From an uncultured Flavobacteriales bacterium (GTDB lineage Bacteria; Bacteroidota; Bacteroidia; Flavobacteriales; UBA1820), in NCBI GenBank assembly GCA_902462305.1, contig CABQBC010000005.1, positions 9,642 to 73,641 of the forward strand: a stretch of DNA of 64,000 nucleotides. Direction: 5' to 3'. How positions within the stretch are numbered: position 1 is the stretch's first letter; the number at the start of each line of letters is the position of its first letter. This document shows, in pieces, positions 30,564 to 39,321 of the stretch. The notes under the pieces were generated by a model, which was not told the DNA's origin, did not search any database, and worked only from the letters and a program-made list of their open reading frames with translations. Both the position numbers and the translations under genes were made by a program.

Positions 30564-33500
30564 TTACCTGGTCTTTTCGGTTATGGCCATAGGTTTATGT
30601 GTCAGTCCGGCGGGCAGCAGTACATATCGGTCCATTGTAAAGTTGTCACCTTCGGTAACCCAATGGAAAGGCCCGTAGGCGCCCATGCGTGCCGGTAAGG
30701 CATGCAGCGGGCCGAAAGTATTGCGCCGGGTCAGTACCACTGTCACTTCGGCGGGAATACCTTTTAAGGCTTCTTCCGTAACATCTAACCTGTATGGGGC
30801 CCATGCAGCCATCTGTCCGCGCGGACCTTTAAGGCACGCGCCGTCGTAACCGGCTGTTTCGATGAATACTTTACCGCCTGTTTCAGGCACAGGAAGGCTA
30901 TCCGCCAGGTATGTCACCGCACCGGAGTAGAAAGGAAGCCCCTGTGAAGTTATATCCCCGATAGAAAGGCTGTCGGGAAGTACGGTCAGTATGCGCCGTA
31001 TACTGTCCAGCCGCACGCCGAAATTCCCGGTCAGGAGCATCGCTTCGAGGTTTGTGTCGCGGCAGAAATCTCCTGAAATACCGATGATGTTTTCTCCTTT
31101 TTTGAGCATGGAGGCGTGGAGCGGTATTCTGCGCAGAGAAGGGTCTATGAACCATCCTTCATCACCGGATGTGTCGAGAGTTTTGCCATTTACCGTTACG
31201 GTAAAACGTTCCGGTGTCTCCATACATAGATACAATACGCTATCGCCGGGTATGGAGTCCGCTTCGAAAGGAAATGAAAGGGCCACCTGCCCCAGAGCCT
31301 GTGAGTTGTCGTCCAGGTATTTTTCGGCGAACCACGGCTGGAGCATGTCCCCGCCCCGGTAAGGCAACCCGTAACGTTCGCGCAGAGCCCGGTCTATCTT
31401 GAGTATTTCGGTAAGAGGCTGTTCTTTTTCCCCTTTTACATGCCACGTGGCTACGTCCAGCACGCAAATGTTGGGTTCATCCAAGCGGTATGCGTATTTC
31501 TCCGGCAGAGGCGTGCGTTTTATCTCTTCCGTATGTTTTTTTTCCATAGCCATCGGCGGCATTTTCCACGATACGGTGAATACCTTTTCTTCCGTAGGCT
31601 CGAACGATGTCGTTATCTCTATTCCATATGGAGATTTCTCCGTTTCCTGAGCGAATACTTCGCCCGTGCGGCAGTCCCATAGCGCCGCTTTTCCGGTGTA
31701 CGGTATTTCTATCTTTACGTTTCCGTAGCGTGTGGTTCGGTCGGTATTCATCAGCGCTATGTAATGACGACGGCCGTCCCAACGCACTTGTCCGTATATC
31801 TGCGGGATGTTCTCTCCGGTGTTTGCGTTGGATACTTTCACTGTCGGGCGTATCGTTTTTTTCACGGCGTCCGTGATACCTTTTTCGGTGTAGCTGGTGC
31901 GGATGGACTTTTCGGCCAGTTTTGCAGGCCTTGTATCCGCAGTGGCATTGACGTACGGCGGTATGTCCCCGGCGAATATCACCTTTCCTCCGGCTTTGAT
32001 AAAGTCTTCCAGAATATCGGCCGTGGACCTGCGCATGGTCTCCATATTGCCTACCAGTACTGTCCTGTATGATGCCTGTCCTATTTTCAGAACCGGAGAA
32101 CTGTCTTCGTTTTTGGATATTGACGCCATATGCGACATCATTTCCTCATCGCCGTAGTCGAAATCTATTCGTGAGCCGGCCAGCCAGTGGAAAAGGTCGG
32201 CATACCGTTTTTCCATTTCCTTAATTTCGGGTGTGGCAGGCGTTAGATTGTCGAATGCGCCGACGGCTACCTGGCTCCATACGCTCTCCACAGGGTTTAT
32301 CACCAGAAGATCGCATTCAGGTTTCCCCTGGCTCAGCAGAAAGCCCAGGCGTGAGTAGTAGTCCTCGACGTATTTGTAGTCACGCCACCATGCCGACTGG
32401 AAGAATATGCTCGCCGGGTAGTCGCGTTTGGCTTCGCCCTGCATCGTGTACCACGATAAATGGTGACACCGCATATTTACCCCGAAGAGTGCCTGCCAGT
32501 CGCCGACGGCTTTGTGTCCCCGGAAATCGAACTGCCAGCCTGTAACGCCGTATGTTTCGGAAAGGAGCTGTTTTTTCCCGAGTTGCCGCCCTGCCGAAGA
32601 AAGTTGTTTGGCAACCCAGTACGAACGGTTGCCCTCGGTAAGAAGATCCATGCCTGGTATGTGCATGTATTGGTAGTAACGCATAAGCGACCCCTGCATT
32701 GCAACCTGGCTAGTCAGGTTGTCTTCGTGCAGTACGTGGCCGGTGTATGCTATGCCGTTTTCCGTACACCAGTCGTATTGGGGTTTCGCAAAGTTTTCAA
32801 GGAAAAGCGATTCCGCCAGTTCGCAGTATTGCCATTTTACGGGACTTATGCGTTGTCCGTCCTCGCGCAGGAATAGTTTCGGCAGGTCTGCGATGAGGTC
32901 GCCGCCGAAGCGTGCGTGGTATTCGTCCGCCATACGCGGGGTCCAGGGTACGGTGCGGGTATTGTTGCCCACGCCATGGGGATTGCCGTCGAAGTCCGTG
33001 AAAAGACCTCCACGGTGGGGTTCGTCCGTAAAAATGCCTTTTATTTCGTTGCCGAAGCGCGTTCCGCAGTGCTCTTTGTACTTTTCGTGCGTGAGTTCCA
33101 TGAATTTTTTAGTCGCCTCCGGGTTGAAAACGTCGATATATGTACCGCCGTTGTACACATCAGTCCCGCTGTGTGTGCGGTGCAGGAACTTGAGGACTGT
33201 CATATCCTCGTATTCTTTTTCCGGGGTATCGGGGTAAATGCGTTTGAGATTGGAATAGTTTATTCCGTCGAGTCTGCACGCGAAAGCCGCGAGTATGGAA
33301 TCGCTGTCCCACCTGAAATCTGCCGCCGGCATAGTGAACAATTCCACGAAATTCATGCGCAGGTGCGGATTGTCCAGCGTAACCATACCACCGGCCGAGC
33401 CGGAAGGCCAGCGGTCTTCGTCGTACAGGTATGCTTCGAGGCCCATCCGTGCGGCTGAATCGGCCACGGCATTGGTCAGATCGAACCATTCGCTGCCCAG

Positions 33501-33758
33501 GTATTCCGTTTGCAATCCCACGCGCGAGTGCATGAACGCTCCGCCCATGCCCATATCCCGGAATACTCCGAGCTGGCGCATCAGTTCGTCTTTTTCCAGT
33601 CGGCCGTTCCATGCCCAGAAAGGCTTGCCACGCCATTGTGCGCCTGGATTTTTGAATGTTTCGTACAGAGCTTGGTCGCTTTCCGCGCCTGTATCGCCGG
33701 AGCATCCTGATGCCAGCAGGGCCACTGTTATTGCCGGGATTATGAACTTCAGTTTCAT
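30564..33758 (-). CDS. Large lipoprotein glycoside hydrolase, GH106-like (alpha-L-rhamnosidase-type); family uncertain
   Basis: 1064 aa with lipobox LLASGCSG. The N-terminal F.NP....RGKPFWAWNG.L......QL..F.DMGMGG motif and the overall size recall GH106 / glycosylhydrolase-like jelly-roll proteins. Family assignment is from memory of the motif only. Confidence 0.5.
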   Translation of the reverse strand: MKLKFIIPAITVALLASGCSGDTGAESDQALYETFKNPGAQWRGKPFWAWNGRLEKDELMRQLGVFRDMGMGGAFMHSRVGLQTEYLGSEWFDLTNAVADSAARMGLEAYLYDEDRWPSGSAGGMVTLDNPHLRMNFVELFTMPAADFRWDSDSILAAFACRLDGINYSNLKRIYPDTPEKEYEDMTVLKFLHRTHSGTDVYNGGTYIDVFNPEATKKFMELTHEKYKEHCGTRFGNEIKGIFTDEPHRGGLFTDFDGNPHGVGNNTRTVPWTPRMADEYHARFGGDLIADLPKLFLREDGQRISPVKWQYCELAESLFLENFAKPQYDWCTENGIAYTGHVLHEDNLTSQVAMQGSLMRYYQYMHIPGMDLLTEGNRSYWVAKQLSSAGRQLGKKQLLSETYGVTGWQFDFRGHKAVGDWQALFGVNMRCHHLSWYTMQGEAKRDYPASIFFQSAWWRDYKYVEDYYSRLGFLLSQGKPECDLLVINPVESVWSQVAVGAFDNLTPATPEIKEMEKRYADLFHWLAGSRIDFDYGDEEMMSHMASISKNEDSSPVLKIGQASYRTVLVGNMETMRRSTADILEDFIKAGGKVIFAGDIPPYVNATADTRPAKLAEKSIRTSYTEKGITDAVKKTIRPTVKVSNANTGENIPQIYGQVRWDGRRHYIALMNTDRTTRYGNVKIEIPYTGKAALWDCRTGEVFAQETEKSPYGIEITTSFEPTEEKVFTVSWKMPPMAMEKKHTEEIKRTPLPEKYAYRLDEPNICVLDVATWHVKGEKEQPLTEILKIDRALRERYGLPYRGGDMLQPWFAEKYLDDNSQALGQVALSFPFEADSIPGDSVLYLCMETPERFTVTVNGKTLDTSGDEGWFIDPSLRRIPLHASMLKKGENIIGISGDFCRDTNLEAMLLTGNFGVRLDSIRRILTVLPDSLSIGDITSQGLPFYSGAVTYLADSLPVPETGGKVFIETAGYDGACLKGPRGQMAAWAPYRLDVTEEALKGIPAEVTVVLTRRNTFGPLHALPARMGAYGPFHWVTEGDNFTMDRYVLLPAGLTHKPMAITEKTR

Positions 33759-33783
33759 AATTTTCGTTTCTTTTTTGAGAAAA

Positions 33784-35520
33784 TTATAGTCCGTTATTTT
33801 TTGCGACGACTGCGCGACGGTATTTGTTTTTCAGAGATACGGCCGGGTCCATAAGGTGATATAACGGGCGCAGCGTGTCGCAGGTATTTGCAATTATAAA
33901 ATCGTATGTGCCGTCTATACGCTCTATCGCAGGCAGTCCTTTTGTATTTAACGCTTGGCCTGATGCTGTGCCGAGTACCAATGGCCCGTACACGGCCTTA
34001 TGCAGGGATGTGTCCGTTATGTCCTTGTTTTGCAACGGTTCCCATGACGGGCGGAACGAGTACCGCAGTTTTATCGTGTCCCCCGGAGAGAATGTGCGGG
34101 TGACATTTGCGAAGCCTTTTATGATTTCGGCATGGATTTCTTTCCCGTTTACCGTTATGACCGGTCCGTGCATGTACGGAGGTATCCTGAGGGAGAGCGT
34201 TTTCAGTGCGCCACCGGATTTCCCGACGGTAAATGTCACAGTGTCGCCGAACGGGTATTGCGTGTGTTGCGATAATGCCGTACTTCCGGTATGAAAGGTG
34301 TTTTCCCTGTAAAAAGGGACGAAAATGGTATCGCCTGCGGTGAAATACGAATATTGGGCTGCACGCGGAAGGCCTTCGCCGCCACGCATCGTACAGCACC
34401 AGTAGGCTTCGTCGGCATGTACCGACAGGTCTAGATATTCCACACCTAACGGTTTGTCGCAACCGAAGCCTCCGTTGGAACGCTGCGTCGAGGCCATGCC
34501 GTTGAGGTATATTTTTTCGGCATCGTCGAGGTATTGCGCATTGCGCGTTGCCGCCCAAAGTTGTACGGCAGCCATATAGGAGTCGATTATGGCGCACGGT
34601 TCTGTCCATGTGCCGTAGCGTGAGAACCAGTTGTAGTTCTCGTAATTTTCCGTCATGCCGTAGTCGCGGTAAGTCTGCCATCGGCCGGCGGCTTCGGTTA
34701 TGAGTGTGTCGTTGCCTGTTATCTCGGCATAGCGAAGCAGCCCCCTTACGGCCGTGAGCGATGCGTGCGTCTGCGCTTTTATACCGACCAGGTCTATACC
34801 GAGGAAAAGGTTTACAAGGCTGTCTATGGTCTCTTTGATTCGGGGATCGCGGTCAAAAGAATAGTAGTGTATAAGCCCTTCCATGCCTATGAACACGCAT
34901 CCCACGTCCGATGAAAGCCTCCATCCGTTGACAGTGTTCTGGGCTGAGCCGGACATGTCGCCTACTTCCGCCAGACGGTCTTCGGGCAGGCATGGATAGT
35001 CTTTTATGATAGGAGTCACCGGAAGAAACAGGCTGTCGGCTATGGTTTTGGCATATGAGAGCGCTTTTTCGTCGCCAGTGTACCGGTAGTATTCGCATAA
35101 GCCCCGCAGCAACCATCCGTGTCCAGACAATTGTTGCTCGTCCGCTCCTTCGTGTATCGTACCGAGGTATCCTTTGGCGTTGAGGTGCGCGGGGAGCATT
35201 TTTATCAGCGTGTCCAGGTATTTCGGTGTGCGTCCCGACGCCTGCGCGTTCAGTGTCAGGGCGAGTATCGTCCGCCCTTCCTTGTCGCCTGGCCAGCCTC
35301 CTGATTCTTTTTCGCTCCAGAAAACATTCTCCGGGTGGTAATATTCTTCTTCCAGACGGTCGAAGTTGCGTTGTATGCGTTGAGAAAGCTCGCCGGCTGC
35401 ATGTATCGATGCAAAATCTGCGGGAAGGATCCCGTGAGATGTGTTTTGCGGTTTTAGTGTGCATGCGGTCATAAGGAAGACTGAAACTGCCGGAATAAGG
35501 GCGTATGCGGGTAATTTCAT
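33784..35520 (-). CDS. GH127/GH146-type (DUF1680) glycoside hydrolase, beta-L-arabinofuranosidase-like lipoprotein
   Basis: Lipobox FLMTACT. An (alpha/alpha)6-like region GHGWLLRGLCEYYRYTGD, plus TEPC and WCCTMRG motifs that match the Glu/Cys3 zinc site with a cysteine nucleophile in HypBA1-type enzymes. Confidence 0.65.
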   Translation of the reverse strand: MKLPAYALIPAVSVFLMTACTLKPQNTSHGILPADFASIHAAGELSQRIQRNFDRLEEEYYHPENVFWSEKESGGWPGDKEGRTILALTLNAQASGRTPKYLDTLIKMLPAHLNAKGYLGTIHEGADEQQLSGHGWLLRGLCEYYRYTGDEKALSYAKTIADSLFLPVTPIIKDYPCLPEDRLAEVGDMSGSAQNTVNGWRLSSDVGCVFIGMEGLIHYYSFDRDPRIKETIDSLVNLFLGIDLVGIKAQTHASLTAVRGLLRYAEITGNDTLITEAAGRWQTYRDYGMTENYENYNWFSRYGTWTEPCAIIDSYMAAVQLWAATRNAQYLDDAEKIYLNGMASTQRSNGGFGCDKPLGVEYLDLSVHADEAYWCCTMRGGEGLPRAAQYSYFTAGDTIFVPFYRENTFHTGSTALSQHTQYPFGDTVTFTVGKSGGALKTLSLRIPPYMHGPVITVNGKEIHAEIIKGFANVTRTFSPGDTIKLRYSFRPSWEPLQNKDITDTSLHKAVYGPLVLGTASGQALNTKGLPAIERIDGTYDFIIANTCDTLRPLYHLMDPAVSLKNKYRRAVVAKNNGL

Positions 35521-35682
35521 AGGTGTTTTTGAATGCCGGGTATATGAGTATCGGTATGCGCTGTTTGCGTTATTGACGGCAATCGTGGTTGCTAATATCC
35601 GAAATATTCGCTAAAACATGAAATTAAAAAAACGGCGGAAAGACTTTTCGTTTCGGGATTTACGCGTTTTATGATAGAATAT

Positions 35683-35712
35683 AAAAAAGCCGCCCTGAAA
35701 AGGGCGGCTTTT
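35683..35712 (-). terminator. Rho-independent terminator downstream of the DUF164 gene
   Basis: AAAAGCCGCCCT-GAAA-AGGGCGGCTTTT. On the minus strand the stem is followed by a U-run. Confidence 0.8.
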
Positions 35713-35741
35713 GTCTTATGTGTAAAAGTATGATGTGTTTG

Positions 35742-36524
35742 TCAGTCGAGTATTTTGTCGAAAACGGCTTTCATTTTTTCTTTTTCCTCCGTTGCCAGTT
35801 CCGGGTCCACAAGTATGCGTCCGCTGTTCTCGTCGGCTATTATTTTCTTGCGCATGGCTATTTCTATCTGGCGTTGAGGCGGTATGGTAAAGTACGAACC
35901 TTCGCTGGCGCCACGGTCTATCGATACCACAGCCAGTCCGTTGCGTACCGAAGAGCGTATCTTGCGGTAAGCTAGCAGCAGCCTTGGCTCTATCTGGGCT
36001 GCTATTTCGTCGGCTTTTACCTGGAGAGTTTCCATTTCGCGCTGCGTGTCGGCAAGGATGCTGTCCAGTTCGCTTTGTTTTACTCCGAGGTGTGTTCCGA
36101 GTTCGGCCACTTTTTCTTTGGTCTCGGCTATGCGTGCTTTCTGCAGGTCGAGTTTAGCCCCGGATTCGCCTATCAGTTTTTCGGCGTGTTCTATTTCGAG
36201 GTTCTGGTATTCTATTTCCTTGCTTATGGAGTCGTATTCGCGGTTGTTGCGGACATTTTTCTGCTGCGCTTCGTAGCGTGTTATCAGCTCTTTGGACTCG
36301 ACGATGGTGTTTTTCAGTTTCTTGACCTGTTCTTCGAAGTTCTTGTTTTCCTCCACAAGCCGCGAGAGGCGTGTGGAAAGTCCTTCTATTTCGTCTTCGA
36401 GCTCCCTTACCTCCAACGGCAGTTCGCCCTGTATGGCCCGGATCTGGTCTATGCGTGAGTCGATAAGCTGCAGGTCGTACAGCGTGCGCAGCTTCTGTTC
36501 TACTGTGAGTTCTTTTTCCGCCAT
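35742..36524 (-). CDS. DUF164 / HP0958-like coiled-coil protein with a cysteine-free (degenerate) zinc-ribbon domain
   Basis: A 260-aa long coiled coil followed by LLLAYRKIRS..NGLAVV....ASEGSYFTIPPQ........IIADENSGRILV. It has the family pattern and the conserved pairing with Nif3, but the protein contains no Cys at all. Confidence 0.65.
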   Translation of the reverse strand: MAEKELTVEQKLRTLYDLQLIDSRIDQIRAIQGELPLEVRELEDEIEGLSTRLSRLVEENKNFEEQVKKLKNTIVESKELITRYEAQQKNVRNNREYDSISKEIEYQNLEIEHAEKLIGESGAKLDLQKARIAETKEKVAELGTHLGVKQSELDSILADTQREMETLQVKADEIAAQIEPRLLLAYRKIRSSVRNGLAVVSIDRGASEGSYFTIPPQRQIEIAMRKKIIADENSGRILVDPELATEEKEKMKAVFDKILD

Positions 36525-36525
36525 T

Positions 36526-37635
36526 TTATTGTAAATAATTGATAGGGTTCGTGTTTATGTCCGATAAACGGACTGCAAAATTAGTGAATTTTTCGCTTAA
36601 ATAATCGAACAAAATGTTTTTTGTGTGTCTCTCGCTTTCGAAATGTCCTATGTCGGCAATCAGAATGCGGTTTTCGGCGCCGAAAAAGTCGTGATATTTG
36701 AAATCGGCGCTTACGAATGCATCCGCCCCTGCCGCTATCGCCGCTTTGAGTGCGAAGCTGCCCGAACCGCCCAAAACGGCGACCTTTTTTATCTTCCTGC
36801 CAGTAGGTGCGGAATAACGTATCCCTCTGGCATCGAAGACATCGCGCAGCAGGTGCAAAAAGTCCGTCTCGTCCATGCCGCCTCCGGGCAACATGCCGGT
36901 CATGCCTATGCCGATATGTCGGTCCGTGTTGTCCAGTGCAATGATTTCAAATGCCGGTTCTTCGTAAGGGTGCGCCGAGAGCAGGGCTTTTATGACACGA
37001 GACTGGCAGTGGCGCGGAAATACGGCGCTTATCATCTCCTCCGTCTCATGGTGTAGTTCGCCTATATCCCCGACAAACGGGTTAGCTCCTTCCAGCGCGC
37101 GGAATGTGCCTGTACCGGATAAGTTGTAACTGCACGAATCGTAGTTGCCTATGGCCCCGGCTCCGGCCGAAAAAAGCGCGCGCCGCACATCGTCCGCCTG
37201 TGCTGCGGGGACGTAAGCGGTTATTTTTTTGAGGGTACCTTCCTGCGGTATCAGTATTTTGCGGTCCGATAACCCCAAGGCGCGGCACATTCCGGCGTTA
37301 ACACCGTGGAAACTGTTGTCCAGCGCCGTGTGTACGGCGTATATGGATATTCCCAGGCGGATGGCTTTCATCACGGTACGTTCGACATATGTGCGTCCTG
37401 TCAGGCTTTTGAGCCCGGAAAATATTATCGGATGAAACGATACTATCATGTTGCAGCCTTTTTCGGCGGCTTCGTCAACGACTTCTTCCAGACAGTCGTG
37501 AGTGACGAGTATGCCTGTTATTTCCGTTGCTGGTTCGCCTGTCAGAAGGCCCGTGTTGTCAAAACTCTCCGCATATGCGCGCGGTGCGAATTCGTCCATA
37601 GCGCGTGCCACATCTGCGGCCGTAATATTTTTCAT
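36526..37635 (-). CDS. Nif3-like dinuclear metal center protein (long form with inserted cap domain)
   Basis: FAP...AESFDN.GLL.G, VSFHP.IF, AVHTALD and a C-terminal IGHF.SE.H are NIF3/YqfO hallmarks. ATG at 37635 chosen (MKNITAADV). Confidence 0.88.
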   Translation of the reverse strand: MKNITAADVARAMDEFAPRAYAESFDNTGLLTGEPATEITGILVTHDCLEEVVDEAAEKGCNMIVSFHPIIFSGLKSLTGRTYVERTVMKAIRLGISIYAVHTALDNSFHGVNAGMCRALGLSDRKILIPQEGTLKKITAYVPAAQADDVRRALFSAGAGAIGNYDSCSYNLSGTGTFRALEGANPFVGDIGELHHETEEMISAVFPRHCQSRVIKALLSAHPYEEPAFEIIALDNTDRHIGIGMTGMLPGGGMDETDFLHLLRDVFDARGIRYSAPTGRKIKKVAVLGGSGSFALKAAIAAGADAFVSADFKYHDFFGAENRILIADIGHFESERHTKNILFDYLSEKFTNFAVRLSDINTNPINYLQ

Positions 37636-37719
37636 AATTGTCGTATTTATATCTGCCGATAACACTCCGTTTCGTTTAAAAGGCCATTTTATATATTATC
37701 TTTCAGCTGTTCGTACAGA

Positions 37720-37727
37720 CAAATATA
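37720..37727 (-). promoter_or_regulatory. Candidate -7 box (TATATTTG on the minus strand) for the Nif3/DUF164 pair
   Basis: The plus strand reads CAAATATA at 37720-37727. It is divergent from the plus-strand box at 37751. Confidence 0.45.
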
Positions 37728-37750
37728 TACAATTAGCTCTATGTTTTCCA

Positions 37751-37758
37751 TACTTTTG
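37751..37758 (+). promoter_or_regulatory. Candidate -7 box TACTTTTG for the 37764 gene
   Basis: Exact TAnnTTTG match ending only 5 nt before the ATG at 37764, which would give a leaderless or near-leaderless transcript. Confidence 0.5.
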
Positions 37759-37763
37759 CCGAT

Positions 37764-38387
37764 ATGATGAGAAGACTTTTTATTTTTCTGTTTTTATTAG
37801 GCGGAGCGCTGCATGCCTCCGTTATGGTCGAAGGCGTCATTTATATGAAGGACGGTACGGTTGTCGAATATTCTGGGTCCGACCGCGTGAAGATACCGAA
37901 GAACGCCGCACGTAAGGTTACGGCCTATAAAAACGCATACGCCCGTAAAGGGAAGAAAAGAGTGTCATATGCTGCGGCAGACATAGACTCTTTGGTGTGC
38001 CGTCATCCTCAGGCTAAGGAGTATCGCAGAAAGTTCGTGTATGTGGATAGAGTCGGGTGGTGCTGGGTATATGTGGATACCCCGTATATCGATGCCTATG
38101 TGTTTTCAAAAAAAGGGTACGAAATGTATTCGAACGGCGGTATAAGTTTGACGGTGGTTGAGAAAGCGCTCGGCGCCAGGTCGCGTGTGAGCGTGTATCT
38201 GCGAAAAACAGGACGGGATGATGTGCTGGCGTTGGGCGGTATGTATAAAAAAACGGGCGATGCTTTCATTGAAAAAGTATGCGGTTATATATCGGACGAT
38301 CCCGGTCTGTGCCGTGCGATAAGAGAGAAGGTCAGGATGCGCAGCAAAACGATAGCCATGTTGGCCGGTTATACACCAGGACGATAA
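37764..38387 (+). CDS. Secreted hypothetical protein (paralog A)
   Basis: Signal peptide MMRRLFIFLFLLGGALHA. I do not recognise a domain. It shares the motif pattern of the next gene (RVSYAAADIDSLV versus AVKYTVDDMDNIV). Confidence 0.6.
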   Translation: MMRRLFIFLFLLGGALHASVMVEGVIYMKDGTVVEYSGSDRVKIPKNAARKVTAYKNAYARKGKKRVSYAAADIDSLVCRHPQAKEYRRKFVYVDRVGWCWVYVDTPYIDAYVFSKKGYEMYSNGGISLTVVEKALGARSRVSVYLRKTGRDDVLALGGMYKKTGDAFIEKVCGYISDDPGLCRAIREKVRMRSKTIAMLAGYTPGR

Positions 38388-38425
38388 TTGACAATCAAAT
38401 ACACAAATAATATTTCCGAAGAATT

Positions 38426-39148
38426 ATGAAAAGTTTGTTTTTTATCGCCGCTGCCGTTGCAGTATCGTTGTCTGCCGGGGTGGTGTCGGCTCAGGAATCC
38501 GGCCGCAATAAAAAAGAGAAAGACCAGGAGTATCGTCATATAATCGTGACGCTCAATTCGGGAGAGAAAGTAGACGGATATATCCACCGAGGTTGGAATG
38601 TAACGGCTTTCGACCTCAGGCGCGAGAATTATTCCGTTAAAATAGTCCCTTCGCCCGACAGTAAGGAAGCGGTAAAATATACTGTGGACGATATGGACAA
38701 TATCGTATTCGTGGAACTTACCGAGGACGATCCCGACGGCAAACTTTGGGAAGTATGTGAAAAACCCGCCCCGGCGATAGGCAATACCTCGCGTACCATA
38801 AAAACTCTGATGTGTGTGGAGAAAAAAGGCGAGAACTCTGCCGTGTATTGGTGGAACGGCCGCATATCCGTGCCTGCAGGTCCAAATGGCAAAACACGGA
38901 TTAAGGTGGTCACTTTTTACGGCATAAAATTCGGTGACAACGATATAGTGTATCCTTTCATGTGCGGGGGCAAGCGCGATATGGGCCTGCTCATAGCATT
39001 GCTGAAAAGGGGCGACGAGCCTGAACTGGCCGAAACGTTCCGCCAGTATTTCATCAAAGGCAAGGAAGCGAAAATGCACAGCAAGGAACTGAAAGACGAC
39101 CCTACGTTGGTAATGCGCGTTTACGATGAATATCTGAAATCAAAATGA
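38426..39148 (+). CDS. Secreted hypothetical protein (paralog B)
   Basis: Signal peptide MKSLFFIAAAVAVSLSAGVVSAQE. Beta-rich N-terminal part and helical C-terminal part. A terminator follows immediately. Confidence 0.6.
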   Translation: MKSLFFIAAAVAVSLSAGVVSAQESGRNKKEKDQEYRHIIVTLNSGEKVDGYIHRGWNVTAFDLRRENYSVKIVPSPDSKEAVKYTVDDMDNIVFVELTEDDPDGKLWEVCEKPAPAIGNTSRTIKTLMCVEKKGENSAVYWWNGRISVPAGPNGKTRIKVVTFYGIKFGDNDIVYPFMCGGKRDMGLLIALLKRGDEPELAETFRQYFIKGKEAKMHSKELKDDPTLVMRVYDEYLKSK

Positions 39149-39174
39149 CAGTGGCGCGATATCCGCCGCGTACC

Positions 39175-39219
39175 ACGGCCATCCGGACAGTGTAAGCTTT
39201 TCGGATGGCCGTTTTTTTT
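39175..39219 (+). terminator. Rho-independent terminator
   Basis: ACGGCCATCCG (39175-39185) pairs with CGGATGGCCGT (39202-39212) and is followed by eight T. Confidence 0.8.
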
Positions 39220-39294
39220 GCCGGGATGTTCGGTCTGCATGAAAATAATAAAGTAAAATTTCTGAAAAGGCCGCATTTTCTGCATGTTTCCCGT

Positions 39295-39302
39295 TATATT
39301 TG
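39295..39302 (+). promoter_or_regulatory. Candidate -7 box TATATTTG for the esterase gene
   Basis: Exact TAnnTTTG match 19 nt upstream of the ATG at 39322. Confidence 0.55.
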
Positions 39303-39321
39303 CTTTTGTAAATGTACGCTT

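Noticed and set aside
38369-39079. A 236-aa minus-strand ORF overlapping almost all of the plus-strand gene at 38426-39148. I asked which strand is the coding one.
   Set aside because: The plus-strand product has a clean signal peptide, normal composition, an upstream co-oriented paralog and a downstream terminator. The minus-strand product is His/Phe/Arg/Tyr-rich and has no start context.
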